The notes under the pieces are model-generated. The model worked only from the letters and a program-made list of their open reading frames with translations. It did no database searches and was not told where the DNA came from. Below, in pieces: positions 62,231-64,000 of a stretch of 64,000 nucleotides of DNA. Position numbers and translations under genes: made by a program. Each line of letters begins with the position of its first letter. Within the stretch, counting starts at the first letter, position 1. Origin of the DNA: Cenococcum geophilum (lineage: Eukaryota); assembly GCA_050273025.1 (NCBI GenBank), contig CP158635.1, forward strand, positions 13,826,001 to 13,890,000, read 5' to 3'.

Positions 62231-64000
62231 CATCAGGAATTTTTTTTTTGGGCACGTTGTTGCAAACGAAAATCGGGGTCTGCAAAACCTGCGTAAGTCG
62301 CAATTTTGGCAATTTGCGGCGATTTGCAGCGATTTGCTACAAACACATAGGCTACCTATGCACGCGCCTGCCCTATCTATGTGTTCGTAGCAAATTGCTG
62401 CAAATCGCCGCAAACTACCAAAATTGCGACTTACGCAGGTTTTGCAGACCCCGATTTTCGCTTGCAACAACGTGCCTAAATTTTTTTTTCCTAATACAGA
62501 GGCTCTGCACGAGGCTCTACATAAAGCTCTGCACGAGGCTTTACACAAAGCTCTGCACGAAGCTCTACACGAAGCTCTATACAAAGCTCTGCGCGAAGCT
62601 CTACACGAAGCTTTGCACGAGGCTCTACATGAGGCTCTACACAAAGCTCTGCGTACAGAGGCTCTGCACGAGGCTCTACACGAAGTTCTGCACGAATTCG
62701 TGCACGAAGCTCTGCACGAAGCTCTACACGAAGCTCTACACAAAGCTCTACACGAAGCTCTACACGAAGCTCTACACGAAGCTTTGCACGATGCTCTACA
62801 CGAAGCTCTGCGTACAGAGGCTCTACACGAAGCTCTACACGAAGCTCTGCACGAAGCTCTGCACAAAGCTTTACACGAAGCTTTGCACGAGGCTCTACAC
62901 GAGGCTCTACACAAAGCTCTGCGTACAGAGGCTCTGCACGAGGCTCTACACGAAGCTCTATACGAAGCTCTGTACGAAGCTCTGTACGAAGCTCTACACA
63001 AAGCTCTACACGAAGCTCTACACGAAGCTTTGCACGATGCTCTACACGAAGCTCTGCGTACAGAGGCTCTACACGAAGCTCTACACGAAGCTCTGCACGA
63101 AGCTTTACACGAAGCTTTGCACGAGGCTCTACACGAGGCTCTACACAAAGCTCTGCGTACAGAGGCTCTGCACGAGGCTCTACACGAAGCTCTGTACGAA
63201 GCTCTGCACGAAGCTCTACACAAAGCTCTACACGAAGCTCTACACGAAGCTCTACACGAAGCTCTACACGAAGCTTTGCACGAGGCTCTACACGAGGCTC
63301 TACACAAAGCTCTGCATATAGAGGCTCTGCACGAGGCTCTGCACGAAGCTCTACACGAAGCTCTACACAAGGCTCTGCACGAAGCTCTACACGAAGCTCT
63401 ACGTACAGAGGCTCTGCACGAAGCTCTACACGAAGCTCTGCACAAAGCTCTATATAAAGCTCTACACGAAGCTCTGCATAAAGCTCTACGAAGCTCTACA
63501 CGAAGCTCTACATATAGAGGCTCTGCACGAGGCTCTGCACGAGGCTCTGCGCGAAGCTCTACACGAGGCTCTGCGCGAAGCTCTGCATACGGAGGCTCTA
63601 CACGAAGCTCTACACAAAGCCTTTGTGTGTGCGCGCGACACACTACTATCGGGTCCCCGCTATATTCCCGATAGCCTCTACACGTGCCTCTGCCAAGTAT
63701 ACCCCCTATATACACCTAGGTAGCCACCTCATTTTTTACCCTTCCTTACATCCTCCCTACCTAGGAAGACACCAGAACGACAGCCAGCAGACGACCGTCG
63801 CCGGAGCCAGACGACCGTCGCCAGAGCTAGACGACCGTCAGAGCCAGACGACCGTCGTCAGAGCTAGACGACCGTCAGAGCCAGACGACCGTCGTCAGAG
63901 CTAGACGACCGTCGCCGGAGCCAGATGACCGTCGCCAGAGCTAGACGACCGTCAGAGCCAGACGACCGTCGTCAGAGCTAGACGACCGTCGCCGGAGCCA
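62231..64000. mobile_element. Non-autonomous TIR DNA element, copy B (runs off the window; lightly RIPed)
   Basis: Same CATCAGGAA end, palindrome (62231-62496), 12-bp array (62497-63623), spacer and 20/17-bp array (~63790 to the end). Confidence 0.9.
62497..63623. repeat. 12-bp minisatellite (GAAGCTCT[A/G]CAC)n, copy B
   Basis: Directly visible; CpA is largely retained. Confidence 0.97.

Larger units (their letters stand above)
1..64000. other. RIP-mutated nested transposon block (AT-rich compartment of an ascomycete genome)
   Basis: TpA is in strong excess and CpA/TpG are scarce, while CpG is retained. Repeat copies differ mostly by C>T and G>A. Conserved TE motifs are turned into stops or RIP substitutions throughout. 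Confidence 0.95.

Overview
This window is an AT-rich block of fungal (filamentous ascomycete) DNA made almost entirely of nested transposable elements, and I found no intact host gene. The elements are heavily mutated by RIP (CpA>TpA, TpG>TpA; e.g. RT YLDD reads YLNN). LTR pairs and target-site duplications (TSDs) resolve the nesting into three chromodomain Ty3/gypsy families, three full copies of one Ty1/copia family, two Tad1-like LINE families (called LINE-B and LINE-C here), four copies of a ~2.1 kb ORF1-only non-LTR element, one unclassified element (X), and two copies of a ~2.9 kb non-coding TIR element whose cargo is mostly minisatellite arrays. Five observations stand out: (1) the ORF1-only retroelement; (2) its apparent co-insertion with X under a single TSD; (3) an antisense Zn2Cys6-like ORF inside a chromovirus; (4) the three-TIR minisatellite element; (5) short motifs shared between the non-coding regions of unrelated TE families. 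The long ORFs in the ORF track (EALH, RASC and TKLY repeats) are most likely by-products of a 12-bp repeat. Family names are working labels, and internal ORF boundaries are approximate because they were read by eye through RIP damage.
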